A program made the position numbers and the translations under genes. Under the pieces are notes generated by a model, which did no database searches, was not told where the DNA came from, and saw only the letters and a program-made list of their open reading frames with translations. A DNA stretch of 64,000 nucleotides from Planctomycetota bacterium (GTDB lineage Bacteria > Planctomycetota > UBA1135 > UBA2386), in assembly GCA_965223545.1 (NCBI GenBank), contig OZ245006.1, positions 1,728,001-1,792,000 on the forward strand, read 5' to 3'. Of the stretch, positions 1 to 9,737 are shown piece by piece (position 1 is the stretch's first letter; every line of letters starts with the position of its first letter).

Positions 1-209
1 CCCCAGATGGTGCCGGTGTTGCGCCAGCACACCAGCTGGAACGTGACCGGCGCGTCCAGCGACCACACCGGATGCGACCGATAGATCGGCAGGGTGTTGG
101 GGTATTCCTCAGCGAGGAAGCCGAACACCGCGCTCTTCGACCACAGGTCCAACAGGACCAGCGGCAGGATCGGCAGCCAGAACCAGGCCTTGTCGCGCCA
201 GAAGGTCAC
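1..209 (-). CDS. lspA: Lipoprotein signal peptidase II, 5' part (runs off the window edge)
   Basis: Manual translation from GTG 209: VTFWRDKAWFWLPILPLVLLDLWSKSAVF...CWRNTGTIWG. Shows the TM + D-x-x-[ST]K and NTG-x-x-[FW]G motifs of LspA and follows the dksA-like gene. Not in the ORF track. Confidence 0.8.
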   Translation of the reverse strand, partial: MTFWRDKAWFWLPILPLVLLDLWSKSAVFGFLAEEYPNTLPIYRSHPVWSLDAPVTFQLVCWRNTGTIW

Positions 210-219
210 GACAACGCAC

Positions 220-684
220 TCACGCGCTCTCGCGGTTGCGCTCCATCTCCTCTTGGTGCGGGATGCAGTAGCGCGCCCATGGCAGGTACTCCAACCGCTC
301 CTTGACGATCCAGGGCTCGCTCTTGCGCTTCTTGCCGCCGGCCTTGGTCTTCTTGCCGGCCGCCTTTGCCGCTTCCGCCTCTTCCTGCTCGATCTCGTGA
401 CAGCGCAAGCACGCGCCGAAGGGCACGTCGGTGTCCCCGCGCAGCCGCTCGAGCGCTTCCTCGATCAGCTGGATGGTCAGCTCCTCGTTCTCGATGAGGC
501 CGAGCATGAAGCCCTGGTCGTAGTTGTCGGTGCCCTGATCGGCCAAGTGGTCCACCGACGCGTCCTGCTCGGACGCCCGCAGCGCCTCGTCGCGCATCGA
601 ACCGACGTCTCCTTTCAACACCGCGAGCTGCTGCTGGAGGATCGCCTCGTACTTCTTGAGGTCGGTCTTGGTCGGTTTCGGCAT
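220..684 (-). CDS. dksA: DksA/TraR family zinc-finger transcription factor
   Basis: Coiled coil with DHLADQGTD tip, IEEALERL, FGACLRC...RLEYLPWARYCIPHQ. Confidence 0.85.
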   Translation of the reverse strand: MPKPTKTDLKKYEAILQQQLAVLKGDVGSMRDEALRASEQDASVDHLADQGTDNYDQGFMLGLIENEELTIQLIEEALERLRGDTDVPFGACLRCHEIEQEEAEAAKAAGKKTKAGGKKRKSEPWIVKERLEYLPWARYCIPHQEEMERNRESA

Positions 685-726
685 GTCTTAAAAGGGGTGA
701 GAAGCGGGGCGCGCCGGGGGGCCAGA

Positions 727-874
727 GCGCCCCCCAAGGGCACGTTCATCGGCAGTTCTTGCCGCCCACCTTCAAGAAAGGGGGCGGGGACCATAAGACG
801 CCCTTCGCAGGGGGTCAACTACCCTGCCGCGGGAGCTTCACCCACCCGTTTTTGCACCGGCTCTTGGGGGGCGC
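727..874. repeat. Perfect 12-bp inverted repeat pair (727-738 / 863-874) enclosing the promoter
   Basis: GCGCCCCCCAAG and its exact reverse complement CTTGGGGGGCGC. Confidence 0.85.
790..818 (-). promoter_or_regulatory. Putative sigma70 promoter for dksA-lspA
   Basis: Minus strand TTGACC, 17-nt spacer, TATGGT, followed by a GC-rich discriminator CCCCGCCCC. Confidence 0.6.
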
Positions 875-881
875 AGGTCGC

Positions 882-1787
882 ATGATGGCGCGCGTGGACG
901 CAACCGGCTCGCCGCAGGCCGCGCTCGAGGAGTTCCTCGACTTCATCGCCGCCGAGCTCCAGCTGTCGCCGCACACGGTCGCCGCATACCGCCGCGACCT
1001 CGACCCATTGCTGGCGGACGCGCGCCGGCTGCCGGGCCGCCGCGCACTGGCGACCCACATCGGCGCGCTGCGCAAACGGCGCGCGCCCGCATCGGTGGTG
1101 CGCGCGATGGCCGCGATCCGCGGCTTCTACCGGTTCTTGCACGTCGAGGGTCGCATCGACGACGACCCCGCCGACGGGCTCCTCGGCGCCCGGCTCGAGC
1201 GCAGTCTGCCGCGGGCGCTCGGCCGCCGGACGGTCGAACGGCTGCTCGAGGCATTCGACGGCGACGACGGCGATCTCGCGCTGCGCAACCGCTGCCTGCT
1301 TTGGCTGATGTACGCCACCGGCGCCCGCGTCTCCGAGGTGATCGGACTGCGCACGGCGGACTGCGACTTCGAGCGCGCGCTCGCCCTGGTGCGCGGCAAG
1401 GGCCGCAAGGAGCGCCTGGTGCCGCTGTCTCCCCCCGCGACGGCCCTGCTCCGGGACTACCTGGACCGAGTCCGCCCACGCCTGGCGGCGAGGGCCCGGA
1501 CCGCGACCGGCGACGCCGTCTTCCTCTCGCGCACCGGCCGCCCCCTCGAACGCACCCGCGTCTACCAAGTCGTGCGCACCGCCGCCGACCGCTGCGGCGT
1601 CACCGTCGCCTGCTCCCCCCACACCCTGCGCCACTCGTTCGCCACCCATTTGGTCGCCGGCGGCGCCGACCTCCGCGTCGTGCAGGAGCTCCTCGGCCAC
1701 GCCACCCTGCAGACCACCCAGATCTACACCCACGTCGACCCCCAACGCCTCCGCCAAACCCACCGCAACCACCACCCGCGCGGGTAG
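882..1787 (+). CDS. xerD: XerD/XerC-type tyrosine recombinase
   Basis: SPHTVAAYRRDL, YATGARVSE, GKGRKERLVP, SPHTLRHSFATHL, VQELLGHATLQTTQIYTHV; ends HPRG. Confidence 0.88.
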   Translation: MMARVDATGSPQAALEEFLDFIAAELQLSPHTVAAYRRDLDPLLADARRLPGRRALATHIGALRKRRAPASVVRAMAAIRGFYRFLHVEGRIDDDPADGLLGARLERSLPRALGRRTVERLLEAFDGDDGDLALRNRCLLWLMYATGARVSEVIGLRTADCDFERALALVRGKGRKERLVPLSPPATALLRDYLDRVRPRLAARARTATGDAVFLSRTGRPLERTRVYQVVRTAADRCGVTVACSPHTLRHSFATHLVAGGADLRVVQELLGHATLQTTQIYTHVDPQRLRQTHRNHHPRG

Positions 1788-2917
1788 TACGGAGTCTGAC
1801 TCGATTTTCTCGCTTCGCGCCGTCACCACCGCCCCGCCGCGGTGCACCCAATCCCGACAGGAGGACGATGGCACGACGCGCACGATCGGACTACCCCGGG
1901 GCATGGCATCACGTGATGAACCGCGCCATCGCGCGGCGCACCGCGTTCGCGGAACGCGCGGAAGCGCGCGCGTTCCTGGCGCTGTGCGCGCGCCAAGTGC
2001 GCGAGGGCAGGCTGGCGATCCACGCGTTCTGCGTGATGGCGACCCACTTCCACCTGCTCGTGCAGAGCCCGCGTGGCGAACTGTCGGAGGCAATGCGGCG
2101 AATCGAGAACTTCTACGTGCGCTGGTTCAATCGCCGGCGCCGCCGCGACGGCTCGCTGTTTCGCGGGCGCTTCGCGTCGAAGCTGGTCGAGTGCGATCGG
2201 TACCGGCACGTCCTGGTGCGCTACATCGACCACAACCCGGTCATCGCCAAGGTCGCGCGCAGTGCCGCAGAGCACCGGTTCGGCTCGGCGCACGCGTGGG
2301 TGCGCGGGCGCACACCACCGTGGCTGCGCACCGACTGGATCGGTGCGCAGCTCGCTCCCGACCTGAAGCGCGGAATCCCGGTCGCGCAAGCGTACGGCTG
2401 GGCGTTCGGCGAGCCGACGGAGTCCCAACGCGACTGGTTCGAGTCACACGGAAAACGCAGCTGCGGTCGATCGCTCGGCGCACTCGCCGACGGCTCGCGC
2501 GAGCGCGTGCGCGCCTGGATGGTGCGCAAGGCGGCGTTGGCCGACGGCACCGCGCCGGAAGCGCCGGTCGTCGGCGCCGCGTCGGTGCACGTCGTGCTGA
2601 CGGCGATGGCCAGTGGACTCGGCGCGATGCCGGTTGGGCGGCCAGCGGCACGCGTGCGGGCCGACGCGCTCATCGCCGCATTCTTGTTCCGTGACCTGTG
2701 TGGGATGTCGTGGCGCGAGGTCGCGCACCACGGTGGCAGCTCGATCGGCGCAGCGCACCGGCGCTACCAGATGCACCGGTCCGCCCTCCGGGAGAACGCG
2801 CGCTACGCCGCGGTCGCCGCGCGCGCCGCGCGGTGCGCGGCGCGCGACTTCGCGCGTTCGGCCGCGCCGCGCGGGCGCGCGCCGCGAAGCGAGAAAATCG
2901 AGCCGGACTCCGTACTA
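1785..2917. mobile_element. RAYT (REP-associated Y1 tyrosine transposase) locus with flanking inverted REP-like repeats
   Basis: 35-bp inverted repeats 1785-1819 and 2883-2917 (33/35 identical), with short palindrome GAGTCTGACTC, bracketing an HUH transposase. Confidence 0.85.
1868..2917 (+). CDS. REP-associated tyrosine transposase (Y1_Tnp HUH domain + probable C-terminal HTH); true 3' end unclear because the frame has no stop until 5095
   Basis: MARRAR...GAWHHVMNRAIAR, HAFCVMATHFHLLV (HUH), YVRWFNRR..RDGSLFRGRF, YIDHNPV (catalytic Tyr); AGGAGG ribosome-binding site upstream. Confidence 0.85.
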
Positions 2918-4741
2918 TCGGAGGGCTTGGTAGACGCGGTGGGCGACGGTGGCGGGAAGGCCCGGGACGGCGCGGAGCTGGGCCAGGGTGGCGGCGCGGA
3001 CCGCGGCGAGGGAGCCGAAGTGGCGCAGGAGGGCGCGGCGGCGGCCCGGGCCGATGCCGTCGATCGCATCGAGGGCGCTCGTCAGTCGGCCGCGCACTCG
3101 GCGGTGGTACTCGATCGCGAAGCGGTGGGCTTCGTCGCGAATGCGGGTGACGAGGAGAGTCTCGGCAGCGCCGTCGCGCAGGGTGATGCCGTCACGGCTG
3201 GCGGCGGGAAACAGGCGCTCGGCCGTGGCGCGGCGGGCGTCGCCGCGGCCGCGCAGCCGGCTCTTGGCGATGCCGACCGGCGCCAGCTCGTCGCCGATGC
3301 CGAGCTCGGCCAGCGCGCGCTGCGCGGCGGTCACTTGGCCGCGGCCGCCGTCGATCAGCAGCAGGTCCGGCAGCTCGTCGCGCTCGTCGGTCAGGCAACG
3401 CGCGACGCTGCGCCGCACCGCCTCGTCCATCGCGGCGAAGTCGTCGCCGGCGTTGTCGGCGCCGATGCGAAAGCGGCGATAGCCGCTCTTCTCCGGCGCG
3501 CCGTCGACGAAGCAAACGCGCGACGCGACCGTGCTGGTGCCCTGCATGGTGGAGACGTCGAGGCAGTGGACCCGCCGCGGCGGCTCGGGAAGCGACAGGC
3601 ACGCACCCAGCGCTTCGGTCTGCGCCCGGTGGCGAGCGGCGGCATCGGTCTGCGCCGCGTCGGTGAGGCGCGCGTTCTCCTGCGCCATCTCAAGATAGCG
3701 CCGCTTCTGGCCGCGCTGCGGCTGCCACAACGTGACCTTGGCGCCGCGCTTGCCCGACAGCCACTCCTCGAGCAGCGCGCCTTCGACGACATCGCCGGGC
3801 ACGGCGACCTCGCGCGGCACGTACTGATCGCCCTCGTAGAAGCGACCGACCAACTCGGCCAACAGCAGGCCATCGGGCAACTGCGAGCGAAACGAGAACC
3901 GCCGGCTGCTCTCCAGCAAGCCGTCCCGGAACGACAGGAACACGGCGCAGACGTCGTCGCCGGTGCGGTGCAAGCCGAGCGCGTCGAGATCGACCGAACC
4001 GCCGCTCACCACCGACTGCTTCTCGGCGGCGCGGCACAGCGCCTCGATCTGCACCTTGAGCGCCTGCGCGCGCTCGAACTCGAGCGCTGCGGCGGCGGTG
4101 TCCATCTGCGCGCGCAGACCGCGCAGCAGCGGCGCGACCTGCCCCTCGAGCACCTCCACTGCCTGATCCAGCAGGCGGTCGTACTCCGCGCGCTCGATCA
4201 ACCCGACGCACGGCGCCGGACAGCGACCGATCTGGTGCTTGAGGCAAGGGCGGCTGCGGTTGCGAAACACAGCGTCAGTGCAGTCGCGCAGTGGGATCAC
4301 CTTGTGCAGCAGCCGCAGGGTCTGGCGCACCGACTTGGCCGAGGCGTACGGCCCGAAGTAGAGCGCGCCATCGCGCCGCCGGCGCCGCACCCACCGGAAC
4401 CACGGCCACTCCTCGCCGCGGTCGAGCCGGAGCATCAAGAACGCCTTGTCGTCCTTCAGCCGCACGTTGAACGTCGGCTTGCGCTTCTTGATGATCGTGT
4501 TCTCGAGCAGCAGAGCCTCCTGCTCGGTATTGGTCGCGACGAACTCGACGTCGACGGCGCGGTCGACCAAGAACGGGATGCCGATGCGGCCGTCGCCGCC
4601 GGGGCGCAGGTAGGAGCGGACCCGCGTCCGCAGCGCCGCCGCCTTGCCGACGTAGAGCGCGTCGCCGCGCGCATCGGTGAAGATGTAGACCCCCGGCCCG
4701 TCGGGGAAGCGCGCCACCTTGTCGGCGATGCCCGGCCTCAC
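2915..4741 (-). CDS. uvrC: Excinuclease ABC subunit C
   Basis: GIY-YIG (PGVY..YVGKA..LRTRVRSY), FGPY, RNase H-like DVST/DGGRGQ, RIRDEAHRFAI, C-terminal HhH. GTG start overlaps the uvrB stop. Confidence 0.97.
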   Translation of the reverse strand: MRPGIADKVARFPDGPGVYIFTDARGDALYVGKAAALRTRVRSYLRPGGDGRIGIPFLVDRAVDVEFVATNTEQEALLLENTIIKKRKPTFNVRLKDDKAFLMLRLDRGEEWPWFRWVRRRRRDGALYFGPYASAKSVRQTLRLLHKVIPLRDCTDAVFRNRSRPCLKHQIGRCPAPCVGLIERAEYDRLLDQAVEVLEGQVAPLLRGLRAQMDTAAAALEFERAQALKVQIEALCRAAEKQSVVSGGSVDLDALGLHRTGDDVCAVFLSFRDGLLESSRRFSFRSQLPDGLLLAELVGRFYEGDQYVPREVAVPGDVVEGALLEEWLSGKRGAKVTLWQPQRGQKRRYLEMAQENARLTDAAQTDAAARHRAQTEALGACLSLPEPPRRVHCLDVSTMQGTSTVASRVCFVDGAPEKSGYRRFRIGADNAGDDFAAMDEAVRRSVARCLTDERDELPDLLLIDGGRGQVTAAQRALAELGIGDELAPVGIAKSRLRGRGDARRATAERLFPAASRDGITLRDGAAETLLVTRIRDEAHRFAIEYHRRVRGRLTSALDAIDGIGPGRRRALLRHFGSLAAVRAATLAQLRAVPGLPATVAHRVYQALR

Positions 4742-6837
4742 GTCGGGATCTCGAGCTCGAGCTGCTCGAGCCGGAACACCTCATCGCGCAGCTGCGCAGC
4801 GCGTTCGAAGTCGAGGTCGACGGCGGCGGCGAACATCTGCTCGCGCAGCTGGCGAACGTGGTCTGCCAGCTGGCGACGGTCGGCGAACCGCACCGGACCG
4901 CCCTCACCCACCGCCGCCGGCGCGGGCGCCGGCGCGCCGCGGCTCCGCGCCTTGCCCTTCCCCTTGTCCGTTCCTTTGCCCCTGCCGCGGCCGCGCGCCG
5001 CCGGCGCCGACTCGTCGGCATCGACCTCGATGTCGAGCAGCTCGCGGATCTCCTTTTTCACCGACTGCGGCGTGATCCCATGCTCGGCGTTGTAGGCCAG
5101 CTGCCGCTCGCGGCGCCGGTCCATCTCCAAGAGCGCCCCCTCGATCGAGTCCGTCCGCTTGTCCGCGTACAGCACGACCCGCCCATCGACGTTGCGCGCC
5201 GCCCGCCCACAGGTCTGGATCAGCGAGGTCTTGCTGCGCAGATAGCCCTCCTTGTCGGCATCCAAGACCGCCACCAACGCCACCTCGGGGATGTCGAGCC
5301 CCTCGCGCAGCAAGTTGATGCCGACCAGGCAATCGAACACGCCCTTGCGCAGGTCACGGATCAAGGCCGCCCGCTCGAGGCTGTCGATATCGGAGTGCAG
5401 GTAGCGGACGCGGATGCCGATGTCGCGGAAGTAGTCGGTCAACTCCTCGGCGCTGCGCTTGGTCAGCGTGGTCACCAGCGACCGATAGCCGCGCTCCGCG
5501 CACGCGCGCACCTCGCCGACCACGTCGTCCACCTGCCCGCGCGCCGGGCGCACATCGACCAGCGGGTCGATCAGCCCGGTCGGCCGCACCACCAGCTCGA
5601 CGACGTGCGCGCCGCTCTGCTCGAGCTCGTAGCCGCCCGGCGTCGCCGACACGAACAGCACCTGGTTCTGCAAGGTGACCAGCTCGTCGAAGGTCAGCGG
5701 CCGGTTGTCGAGTGCCGACGGCAGCCGGAAGCCGTACTTGGTCAGCGTCTCCTTGCGGCTTCGATCACCGCGGTACATGCCGCCGGCCTGCGGCACCGAG
5801 ACGTGGCTCTCGTCGATGACCATCAGGAAGTCATCGGGGAAGTAATGCAGCAACGTCGCCGGCGGCTGTCCGGGCGCGCGCCCGTCGAGGTGCCGCGAGT
5901 AGTTCTCGATGCCGTTGCACACACCGGTGGCGCGCAGCATCTCGAGATCGTGCAGGGTGCGCTGCTCCAGCCGCTGCGCCTCGAGCAGCCGGTTCCTCTC
6001 CTTCAACGCGGGCAGCTCGGCTTCGAGCTCTTCTTCGATCGACTGGCACGCGGCCATCAGCCGCGCCGCCGGCGTCACGTAGTGGCTGGTCGGGTAGATC
6101 GTCACCTGCTCGAGCTCTTCGACGATCTCGCCGCGCAGCGGATCGACCACCCAGATCTCCTCGACGTCGTCGCCGAACAGCTCGACGCGGATCGCGCGGT
6201 CCTCTTCGTAGGCGGGAAAGATCTCCACCACGTCGCCGCGCACGCGGAAGCGCCCCGGCATGAACTCGTAGTTGTCACGCCGGTACTGGATCGTCGCCAG
6301 CGCACGCAGCAACGCGTCGCGCTCCCATTGCCCGCCCTTGACCAGCGGCACCGAGAGCTCGCGGTAGTTGTCCGGCGACCCCAGCCCGTAGATGCAGGAG
6401 ATCGACGCGACGATCAACACGTCGCGCCGCTCCATCAGCGAGCGCGTCGCCGAGTTGCGCATGCGCTCGATCTGCTGGTTGATCGACGCGTCCTTCTCGA
6501 TGTAGGTGTCCGAGTTGGGGACGTAGGCCTCGGGCTGGTAGTAGTCGTAGTAGCTGACGAAGTACTCGATCGCGTTGTCTGGGAAGAACGCGCGAAACTC
6601 GCTGTACAGCTGCGCCGCCAACGTCTTGTTCGGCGCGAGGACGAGCGTCGGGCGCTGCACCTCCTCGACGATCCGGGCGACGGTGAAGGTCTTGCCCGAC
6701 CCGGTCACCCCCAGCACGGTGGCGTGGGTGACGCCATCGCCCAGCCAGCCGCACACCGCCTCGATCGCGGCCGGCTGGTCGCCGGCAGGCGCGAAGTCGG
6801 TGTGCATGCGGAACGGAACCGGCGGCGTCATCGACAT
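4738..6837 (-). CDS. uvrB: Excinuclease ABC subunit B
   Basis: PAGDQP, GVTGSGKT, YFVSYYDYYQPEAY, DESH, GINLLREGLD, C-terminal UVR motif FERAAQLRD. Confidence 0.98.
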   Translation of the reverse strand: MSMTPPVPFRMHTDFAPAGDQPAAIEAVCGWLGDGVTHATVLGVTGSGKTFTVARIVEEVQRPTLVLAPNKTLAAQLYSEFRAFFPDNAIEYFVSYYDYYQPEAYVPNSDTYIEKDASINQQIERMRNSATRSLMERRDVLIVASISCIYGLGSPDNYRELSVPLVKGGQWERDALLRALATIQYRRDNYEFMPGRFRVRGDVVEIFPAYEEDRAIRVELFGDDVEEIWVVDPLRGEIVEELEQVTIYPTSHYVTPAARLMAACQSIEEELEAELPALKERNRLLEAQRLEQRTLHDLEMLRATGVCNGIENYSRHLDGRAPGQPPATLLHYFPDDFLMVIDESHVSVPQAGGMYRGDRSRKETLTKYGFRLPSALDNRPLTFDELVTLQNQVLFVSATPGGYELEQSGAHVVELVVRPTGLIDPLVDVRPARGQVDDVVGEVRACAERGYRSLVTTLTKRSAEELTDYFRDIGIRVRYLHSDIDSLERAALIRDLRKGVFDCLVGINLLREGLDIPEVALVAVLDADKEGYLRSKTSLIQTCGRAARNVDGRVVLYADKRTDSIEGALLEMDRRRERQLAYNAEHGITPQSVKKEIRELLDIEVDADESAPAARGRGRGKGTDKGKGKARSRGAPAPAPAAVGEGGPVRFADRRQLADHVRQLREQMFAAAVDLDFERAAQLRDEVFRLEQLELEIPT

Positions 6838-6957
6838 TCTCCGGCCCACCGTGCGCCCCAGTTCGAACCGGCGCCAACGCGCGGCCGTTGACACTCGATA
6901 CGGCGCACCGGTACCGTGTGCTCGCCCCTTTTCGCACCCGTTCGGGAGGCTCTCTTC

Positions 6958-8400
6958 GTGACCCGTCGCCCCACGTCCTCATCCCGGCGCCGCTCGGCCT
7001 CCGCCAAGAACGCGCGGACAGACAGCGGCCGCAAGCCGACGCGCGGCGCGGCGAGCAATCGCGCCGCCCAGCGGGAGGCCGCCACTTCGGGCGCGGTCAC
7101 CGTCGGCTGCCCGCAGTGTGGCCAGCAGTACCGGGTGCCGGCCGCGCAGCTCGACCAGAAGCTGAAGTGCAACAACTGCCAGCGCAGCTTCTTCCCCAAG
7201 GCGGCCGCCGGCCGCCGGCGCAGCGGGCGCAACCAGAGCACACCGTTCATCGTCGGCGGCGTCGTGCTAGTGGCCGTGGTCGGCATCTTCATCGTGATTG
7301 CCAATCTACCGCCATCGCAAGTGGCGATGGCGAAGATGCCCGAGGTCGTACAGAAGGTGAACATCGGCTTCCAGAGTCCGCGCGTGCAGGACGTGGCACG
7401 CTGGGCCGACGCGGTGCACAGCGGCGACGCGCTGCAGCTGACGCGGGTGTCCGACACCGATGCCCTGCAGACCGCGCTCGGGCTGTCGGGGCGCCCGATC
7501 TCGGAGCTCACCGGGGAGGAGGCTTCCACCGCCAAAGCGGCGTTCCTGGAAGCGCTCACCACCAGCGAGCAGACCCGCGTGTTCCGCGACTTCCAGACGA
7601 CCGACGGCCGGCTCGAGACCGAGGCGATGGCGAGCAGCGAGACCGGCGCCGCGGTGTTGGAGCTGCTGCCGCGCGACGGATCGGACCTCGACAAGTACAT
7701 CCGCGCCGAGAACAAGCGACACGAGGTCTTCAGCGCCACGGTCCGCGTGAGCTTTCGCGTCGAGGACGACGTCGCCCGGGTCACCGGCTTCGAGGTCGTC
7801 GACATTCCTCCGTCCCCCAAGCCGAAGAAGCCGCGCTTCGTGCCGCACGCCGAGATCGAGAAGCCGGTCGAGGTCGAGCGCGTCATCGACGGCGAGAAGC
7901 AGACGGTCGTGGAGACGGAGCTGATTCCGCTCGGCCACCTCGAGGACACCCCAGAGGACGTGCGGCGCGCGATCGACGCCGAGATCGACCGGCTGCGCGA
8001 CCTCGACGCCCCTGGCCGCTTTGCCAATCAGGCGATCGACGCGCTGCGCGAGATCGGCCGCCCAGCGGTGCCCCGCTTGCTCAACCAGATGTTCGAGATG
8101 CACCAAGGCGGCATGCGGGGTGACGACAAGCTGCGCTTGCGGCGCATGATCCAAGCGCTGACCGCGATGTCCGGGATGCGGTTCAGCTTCAACGTCGCCG
8201 ACAACCAGAAGCTCACCGCGGACGGCAACGCCGAACAGCGCGAGTCCGCACTCAAGCAGTGGTATGCTTGGTGGTACCGGGTCCACGCCGGCGACTTCAC
8301 CAACGCCATCGACAAAGAAGACGACGAGGACCTTTTCCTCACCGACGAGGAGAAGCGCGCACGCGCCGAGGCACGCAAGGCAGCGGGCGGCGGCTCGTAG
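6958..8400 (+). CDS. Zinc-ribbon (MJ0042-like) single-pass membrane protein
   Basis: CPQC...CNNC, one TM helix, large extracytoplasmic domain. Start uncertain (6916 or 6958). Confidence 0.7.
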   Translation: MTRRPTSSSRRRSASAKNARTDSGRKPTRGAASNRAAQREAATSGAVTVGCPQCGQQYRVPAAQLDQKLKCNNCQRSFFPKAAAGRRRSGRNQSTPFIVGGVVLVAVVGIFIVIANLPPSQVAMAKMPEVVQKVNIGFQSPRVQDVARWADAVHSGDALQLTRVSDTDALQTALGLSGRPISELTGEEASTAKAAFLEALTTSEQTRVFRDFQTTDGRLETEAMASSETGAAVLELLPRDGSDLDKYIRAENKRHEVFSATVRVSFRVEDDVARVTGFEVVDIPPSPKPKKPRFVPHAEIEKPVEVERVIDGEKQTVVETELIPLGHLEDTPEDVRRAIDAEIDRLRDLDAPGRFANQAIDALREIGRPAVPRLLNQMFEMHQGGMRGDDKLRLRRMIQALTAMSGMRFSFNVADNQKLTADGNAEQRESALKQWYAWWYRVHAGDFTNAIDKEDDEDLFLTDEEKRARAEARKAAGGGS

Positions 8401-8475
8401 CGCCGCCGGCACGCCCGGACGGGCCGTCGTCGACTCACCGAAATCTCCAACGACCCTCTCGATCGCAACGAACCC

Positions 8476-9603
8476 ATGTCCCTCAAGCCCATCGTCTGCG
8501 GAAACTGTGGCGCCCAATACCGGCTGCCGGAGTCGTTCTCCGCTCCCCAAGCCAAGTGCAAGAAGTGCGGCGGCACGATCGACGTCGCCGCGCAGCGCAA
8601 CGCACCGGCCGCCGAGGCCAAGCCGGCCTCACGCAGCTCCAGCAAGCCGGCCAGCTCTCGACGCAGCGGCGGCTCGAGCAGCAGCCGGCGCAGCGGCGGC
8701 AGCAAGACCGAACGGAAGACCGAACGCAAGACCGAACGGCCGAGCCGCTCCAGCTCCGGCAGCCGAAGCCGGCGCGGCGGATCCGAGGGGGGCAGCGGGC
8801 GCCGGGAGCGGCGCGAGAAGGAGTCGTCGGGCGGTAAGCTGCTGGTCGGCGGCATCATCGGCGTCCTCGCCGTGGTCGCGGTGGTGCTCGTCATGGTGCT
8901 GACCGGCGGCGACGATGCCGCCAACGGCGAGCAGGTGGCGAACGCCGAGGGCGCGACCCCGGCTGCCGAGGCGAGTGCGGACGGCACCGAGGGCACGCCG
9001 ACCGAGGCTGCCGCGAGCGAGAGCGGTACGCCCGCGGAAGCGGCCGCCGAAGGCGATGAGACGGCGCCGGAAAGCGACCCCGACGCCGAAGCCAAGCCGG
9101 AGGAAGACGCGAGCGAGGAGCCCGCGGCGAAGCCGAAGCCCAAGCCGGCCGAGATCACGTCTCCCGACCAGATCTTCAAGCCCGCCGACGAGCTCGAGCC
9201 CGTGCCGTGGCCGGAGTCCGTCGATGCCGAGCAGCAGGCCGAGATCACCGAGCTGTTGCAGGACGTCCGCGACGGCGGATTGGCCGGCAACCGCGCCAAG
9301 ACCAAGCTAGAAGGAATGGTGCCGGCTGCGATCACCGGCGTCGTCAACCAGCTGCGCGAGCTGAACTATCTCGACAGCGACGACGACATGTTCGCCTACG
9401 AACTCAACAAGATGCTGGGAAGCATGACGTTCGGCAAGAACGCGGGCTTCCGCGTGCACGGCTACGGCGACGAGATTCCGCTCGTCGACGCCGACTGGAA
9501 CGGCAAGACCGTGCGCATTTGGCAGTCCGTGGCGCGAAAGTACGGCACGCCGGACGGCTACGAAGAGCTCAAGAAGCAGGCCAAGTCGAGGCTCGAGAAA
9601 TAG
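8476..9603 (+). CDS. Zinc-ribbon single-pass membrane protein, apparent paralog of the upstream gene
   Basis: CGNC...CKKC, Ser/Arg-rich linker, TM helix, acidic linker, C-terminal helical domain. Confidence 0.75.
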   Translation: MSLKPIVCGNCGAQYRLPESFSAPQAKCKKCGGTIDVAAQRNAPAAEAKPASRSSSKPASSRRSGGSSSSRRSGGSKTERKTERKTERPSRSSSGSRSRRGGSEGGSGRRERREKESSGGKLLVGGIIGVLAVVAVVLVMVLTGGDDAANGEQVANAEGATPAAEASADGTEGTPTEAAASESGTPAEAAAEGDETAPESDPDAEAKPEEDASEEPAAKPKPKPAEITSPDQIFKPADELEPVPWPESVDAEQQAEITELLQDVRDGGLAGNRAKTKLEGMVPAAITGVVNQLRELNYLDSDDDMFAYELNKMLGSMTFGKNAGFRVHGYGDEIPLVDADWNGKTVRIWQSVARKYGTPDGYEELKKQAKSRLEK

Positions 9604-9737
9604 TCCCTGAAGCCACGAGCCTCCACGGCCGAACGAAAACAACAGCCCCCACCCGGGACAAACCTCCGACATCCACAAATCTTGCCCGCCGGGGCCGTAG
9701 TCCTCGGTAGGCGGGCGCGTTCCGCCGGAACGATCTC

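Noticed and set aside
1301..5095. 1264-aa ORF as one giant protein
   Set aside because: Only 1868 to about 2900 has transposase motifs; the rest is an off-frame reading of xerD and the antisense shadow of uvrC/uvrB.
8705..8740. AAGACCGAACG x3 tandem repeat as a possible array
   Set aside because: Coding repeat (KTER x3) inside a low-complexity linker. No CRISPR array or cas genes were seen in the window.
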